A stretch of DNA of 64,000 nucleotides from Styela clava (lineage: Eukaryota). The stretch covers positions 4,154,001-4,218,000 of the forward strand of contig NC_135261.1 of NCBI RefSeq assembly GCF_964204865.1. The letters run 5' to 3'. The notes below the pieces were generated by a model, which worked only from the letters and a program-made list of their open reading frames with translations, was not told the origin of the DNA and searched no databases. Numbering within the stretch: position 1 is the stretch's first letter; every line of letters starts with the position of its first letter. Shown here piece after piece: positions 11,701-64,000 of this stretch. Position numbers and translations under genes: made by a program.

Positions 11701-13954
11701 TGGAACAACAATTTGACGCGAACACCTGAAAGTCTTTCACGGAACACTAGTAAAACACCATCATTATATGATTATATTATACCCGTGAATTTGTTTATAT
11801 TTAAACAATATACATATATTAATATAAACTTTCGGATTAGAATGTGAACTTGCGGAAACTTTCGACTGTACTGGCGGAAACTAGGGTTCCGCGGAACACC
11901 GGGTAGAAAACAACTGTTGTAGTTGGTATAAGACAGGGTGTTCATACTTTAATAAAGGATGGACGAGTAAAAACAAGTGCGTGAAACCGCGGGTCGCCCT
12001 TCATTTAACATAGGCTTACTAGTAGTTGCAGGCACAAAAATCTTGGTTATTGATCTTATGACATGCGTTGTTCGAACAAGCTAGCTGTTAAGGCATTGTT
12101 GAGTCATAGACATGAATAAATTGGGTTCAGGCATAGGCTTCGAAACGGAAACGAATTGAAATTAATCGCGCGTACCAAATTGAATTGAAAAACCGATTCG
12201 TGGGGCGCACACTATTCAAAATTGGCACTTCTACGTGGGCCTTATAACTTTTTCTTGAAGGTCGCATTTGGCCCGCGTGCCGCAGGTTGCACACTCCTGG
12301 TATAACATGATTCATAGAATGACATCACCTGCGTAACCCCACTAAGTTTTCGAAATTTAACAGGCATTTGAGAAAGTGTCAATTGCGGCAGAAAAACTCG
12401 AATTAGTAATAAACACTTGCACATCGCATTGAATACGTGGAAATGACATGTTTATTGAGTCTTGAACTGCCAATTCAAAATGAATGAATAACGCCTATAT
12501 GGAAAATACTAACTGCCGGCTACGCATAAACACTCGGACAGGAAACAGTACGATTAGTAAAATTGAGGGCATTTCATACGCATTTTGCTGTATTATGCCG
12601 TCGATTTAGAATTTCTTTGCGAATAAGTTGTTACATACCTCTGCTCGCCTAACATGCAATACATAAAGAAGTAATATTTTGTAAGAACCGACTAACGGAT
12701 TACTTTACTGCGGCCTTTCCTTTAAATGATTTTATATGCATTTTGCTGTGTTTATAAACTCTGTCGTCGAGTTGAATGCCCTTTTTCAATGAGTTGTTCC
12801 AAATCCATGAATCTGAAAGTGATAACTAATACCATACCAGACATGAACTGGTAACTCTATAATGTTAAAGCAGCTAGTTTTTGCTACCATACTGTCGGCT
12901 TTGTGCTCTTGGATAATCATAAATACTTGCTGAAAATGATTCCAGATTAAAAATTTTGACACGAAGAACGGCCCTTCGCTGGCATAATATTTGACTGTTT
13001 AATCTTTGCATCACCAAGCACACAGTAGCCTTGCTTCCTCAGAGGACTCGCCCGATGAGTGTTATCAGAAACTAAATTGCTTACTGCAGCATCACATACT
13101 TTCCATTGAGACCAAAGTCCAAGAAGCCGACGTTAAAACTGCCATTGATCAGCAAGTTTTTGAAGTCATCAATTTGTCGCATATGTAAGCTCAACGTTGT
13201 ATTCTTAGTCTTGCAAACACATCGTGGATTCTTATTTGACTTTGTTCGCTGGTTGTTCCGACAGAATCCGCAGAAAGCGAAGCCATGGGCTTAACCAATG
13301 AAGGCGAGGGTTGAAGGTCGGAACCTCACTATTGAAATGTAAAAATGGACATTAATCTGCTTGAAACGCTTTTGAGACCCTCTTGATAAACCCCGGTTTC
13401 GGCCGCACCTGATGCGTTCCAACTTGGCCAATTAGAAATCCCATGCCCTCCTACCCAATGGCAAAATCCCTCCTTATGGAAGGAGACATCTCCGTTTCAA
13501 AAATGTTTTGTTAATGGCAGCTGGGTTATCCCCACCATTACTCATATTCAAACAACAAAAAGCAATTTCACTAATACCGAAACTGTATTTTCAATATTTG
13601 TAAATATTACATTGTCGCTGAAAAATTAACATTATTATTACATCATCTAATGACAAACTACATCATAATCAAAGGAGTCAGGGAGATTGTTACATCACAA
13701 TTACAATTTCACAATGCAGTAAACGTTTTCAGCCTTCAAGCGACGATTTTTGAATCAATGTTTTTTCATGGAAAAAGAAATGCATAGGAATCTAAAATAT
13801 AGTTTATATACATGAATACATATTTCTATTATTACTATTACATGTCTGTATATACAAGAAATAATTCTTAAAATTAGATAGATATAAAAGATTGTACAAG
13901 CAAGAAATAATGTTTCCATAATACAGAAAGGAAATGGACCTAATAAATTATACA

Positions 13955-14133
13955 AAGATTGGAGAGAATTATTTCAAGCCACTAAATTTCAACCAATCAA
14001 ATTGATGCTCATTAAAGAGGCGTGGCATCACTGGAGCATGAAACAATACCACACAACGATTGGAGAGAAATATTATTTAAAGTAACTTAGTTCTGACCAA
14101 TCAAATTGATGCTATGTCTTGGGGGTGTGGCAT
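13955..14133. promoter_or_regulatory. Duplicated module of inverted CCAAT boxes plus a GC/GT box
   Basis: Two units of about 101 bp, each ATTGG...CCAATCAAATTGATGCT...then GAGGCGTGGC or GGGGGTGTGGC. Confidence 0.35.
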
Positions 14134-16607
14134 GAAGTGTTAGGCCAGCTTGATCATATGACAAACCACGGCATCTCGTCCGGTTACAAGTCCATGTCGG
14201 GTAAGGGATTAGTTAGCCAAATATTTTGTTTTCAGATGCATGGACTCGATTCATGATTTTTTTTTTGAGATAATTTGCTCAGAGCAGAAACACGTGCACT
14301 TAATCAGATGTAAATGAGACTCACCCTTGAGCAAAAGTTACGATAATTACTGAAATGAAAATAGATTCTAAAACTATATAGAATTATATGTGCATTTTGC
14401 TTTACTTTATACCAATTGACGCTAGACGCTAGGCTTGACGACAATCACTGGCGCTCAAAAAGTATGTGTACCAATATGGAGGTAACTAATTTTGTTCGCC
14501 GACTTTACATCAAGTTGTCTAAAGGGACTGAAGCCTATGGGCAGAGGGAATATTCACTTGGCTAAAACAGACAGTCACGAACTCGTAAAAGAACTAAAAT
14601 AAAGAAAATTGGAATATAATTATGACTTAACCTAGTACACATACTATGGGAGTACCCAATCCCTCTATGTTCAAGAATTCGGAACATTCAAATATCTTAG
14701 TATGGAAGACAATATATTGTGATTATATTATAGAAATGACAATTAGAATATTTAGATTTCAATATCACAAAAAAACACATGTAAATTATTATATTATTTA
14801 GATAGAATCAGACAAATGAGATTATTAAACATATGATAAATCTTTTTCTATTATAAAAAAAATTAATTTGTTTTTCAACCTTTGTGAATTGCTTTACATT
14901 AACTGCATATGAACTACCAGAAGCAAACCAAGAACAATAATCCTTCTTAGATGTGAATTTTCAACCTTAAAAATGCTTGAAATATATTATGAAGACAGCT
15001 CGTGTTTGAAATATTCACAGCAAGTACAGAACTGTTAGGAAAAAAAAGAAGCTTTTTCCAGAGTTTCAAGCCTACTTTTCCATATGCAACACATTTTCTA
15101 TTTATTACTCGATGAAGTCCCTGTAACTGTTCAATAGCATCTCTACAGAAGGCTCATAGCAGATAAGGATTAAATTATTTCCCTAATGTTCCTTTTTTTT
15201 TCATTCAATTACCTTTTAGTACCCAAAATAGAAATATTTTAGGTAGACCATTACTAAATAATCATTTCATTGAGTGGTGAGCCAATCAAGGTAACATGTT
15301 TGGTCTGTTAACAATATAAAATGAATACAAAGAACTAATTACATAAGCCCAATACACAAAAAAAGATGAAAAGTTCAGTTAGTTGATCTTAAAAGAGTAA
15401 GATATATTATATATAGTAGTCATCACAAAAAAGCATTGCAAAAGAATTAGATAAGTAGATAATTGTACCGCATCTGAATTCAAAGATTGTTCATATTTGA
15501 AAAAATAAACAAGACAAACAAGAATTTCTGTGCAGTGTATATTAGTATGAGATTTTATTTAGAGAATACGAGAAGCAATTTATTTGAAAACATAAATGCT
15601 TTATTAAAGCAGTGTTTCTCAGCCTACGGGTCCCGACGCAAAACTGGGTTACCTGGGTCAACAGAAACTCAAGTTTCTAATTTTATTTTCTGGTAAATTT
15701 TATTGTCCATTTTATATTTGTATTAAAGTGATGCTCAATAGTATATGTGCAGATCTTTGGGTCACAAGAATTTACAAAATACACTTTTAAATAAATTTGG
15801 GTCGCTTGAAAAAAAGATTGCGAACCAATGTTTTAGAGATTTAGCATCTCTTTAGTTAAATCACAGATCTTCTGCAAATCGTATTTTTAATTCAGTATTT
15901 CTATGAGGGAACTTGAGAAATATGAAGTCATGTACTCACTCAGAAATAAAGGTGCTTCATATGTGAGCAAAGTAACAAGTGAACACTGACATATAAGCAA
16001 AGAGATACTGAAACGATATATAGTTATGGTTTATGCCAGCAGTTCCCCGCAATGCTGGACACAAAACTTGATTTTACTTTTCCCTTGTTGAGCATGAATT
16101 GTTTGAACATGAAGGGATTTGGAATCTACCAATCATAATAACACTATAAATACCACTGAAATGATAAACATTCATGTGATAATAAACAATAAATAAACAG
16201 CATACTATTGAAGCAATAAGAGCCTTGGAATGTAAACTGAAAAACATATTCTAAGCAGAAGAATTGCTAGCCTATTACGGTATGTCATTATTTGAGTATA
16301 TGCTTCACTGCTCTGTTCTTAGTGATGCTCATAGCCAAGTTTGTACTAGTGAAAAAATTTGAATTTTCTGAAAACTGACACCAAGAGCCGAAAACACACT
16401 CTTTGGGTGAAGCTCGATCGCTAATGTGCAAGAACTAAAATTATATTGATTCAAATATTTATGAAGAGACTAAGCCCCAAATATCACGGTCAGAAATTTA
16501 TCCTTGAATAAAAGAGGTATCAACAGATACCCTCTGACAACTCAAGTGATCTTGATCACAGAAACAGTTCAGAAGAAGCCAATATTAAATAATTGAAGTT
16601 CTTACAG

Positions 16608-16919
16608 CAGTGGTTCTCTCAAACTCTGGGGCGCGCCCAAACAAGGAGACATAGACAATTTTTGAAGGGACATGATGCCAATTGAAAATAAAAATATTTG
16701 TTAGATTTGATCTTGCCCGCTTTATTTTGGATATTCACATTTCTTTATTTTAAATTTTTCCATTCCATCCACATATTTTTAACGTGTTTTATGAATAAAA
16801 CATACTTCCGCCTTACTATCTGTTATTTGTAGCTTACTGTTAGCTAGTTATTTTTGAGATGGGGCGCACGGCTTTACAAATTTTAAAAAGGGGGCGTGGC
16901 AAAAGTTTGAGAACCATTG
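16608..16919. mobile_element. hAT-type MITE (CAGTGGTTCTCAAAC family)
   Basis: CAGTGGTTCTC...TTGAGAACCATTG. Relatives near 50951-51243 and 55608-55794; a related CAGTGGTTTCCAAC family at about 1149-1457, 1600-1932, 17279-17540. Confidence 0.65.
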
Positions 16920-17024
16920 TCACGGGGCATAAAAAATGAATAGGAAATAAAAAATTTCAGGACATAAATTGTTACAATTTATAATTTCCAGCAATGTTTC
17001 AGATGTAAATCAAAAAACACTGAG

Positions 17025-63707
<46,683 letters not shown>

Positions 63708-64000
63708 CTAGAGAAAGTAAAACAGAAAATCATACAACAACTCAGTAAACATCAGTTAAACTACGAAGTTAAAAAAAAGAAACATATAATAGAAAGCAAT
63801 ACAAAAATCAAAAAGCAAGTAAATTACATAAAAGTTTTTATGTTCTAAAGAGGCTGGGAAGACTCGCTGTAATATATAAATCTTTCACAGAAGCTGTGGA
63901 AATAAGCGGCACAAATTCTTCTGTGTGAGAAAAACGAAATTTGTATTAATTTATGCCAGACTGATCTTGATAATAATGTATCCAATATATTCATAATCAT

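Noticed and set aside
13081-13290. Minus-strand FCGFCRNN resembling the start of a Nanos zinc finger
   Set aside because: The remaining His/Cys ligands and second CCHC finger are absent, there is a stop just upstream and no good acceptor.

Overview
AT-rich, intron-rich eukaryotic DNA from an animal. The gene content and intron density suggest an invertebrate chordate such as an ascidian, but that is inference. Two spliced genes, both on the minus strand, were reconstructed by hand using GT-AG splice sites and exon phase. (1) 17025-63707 holds the 3' 43 coding exons (6264 nt, 2087 aa plus stop, frame continuous) of a neurobeachin-like NBEAL1/NBEAL2-type gene: ConA-like region, ARM-like region, PH, BEACH and WD40. 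Its 5' end lies beyond the window. (2) 1005-8794 holds the first 7 coding exons of a secreted PAN/apple + kringle protein of the plasminogen/HGF/MSP family, whose 3' end runs off the window. Introns and the intergenic region carry many non-autonomous elements: palindromic TTAGGG-containing MITEs, Tc1/mariner-type, hAT-type and MULE-type MITEs, and tRNA-derived SINEs. Main findings: a diverged duplicate terminal exon at 20213-20321 that would swap the last WD40 blade of NBEAL; three frame-preserving candidate cassette exons; an inverted pair of minimal hammerhead-ribozyme-like motifs (Penelope-type relic) in an NBEAL intron; and a GC-rich pre-miRNA-sized intronic hairpin. Most ORF-track entries are spurious or exon read-throughs.
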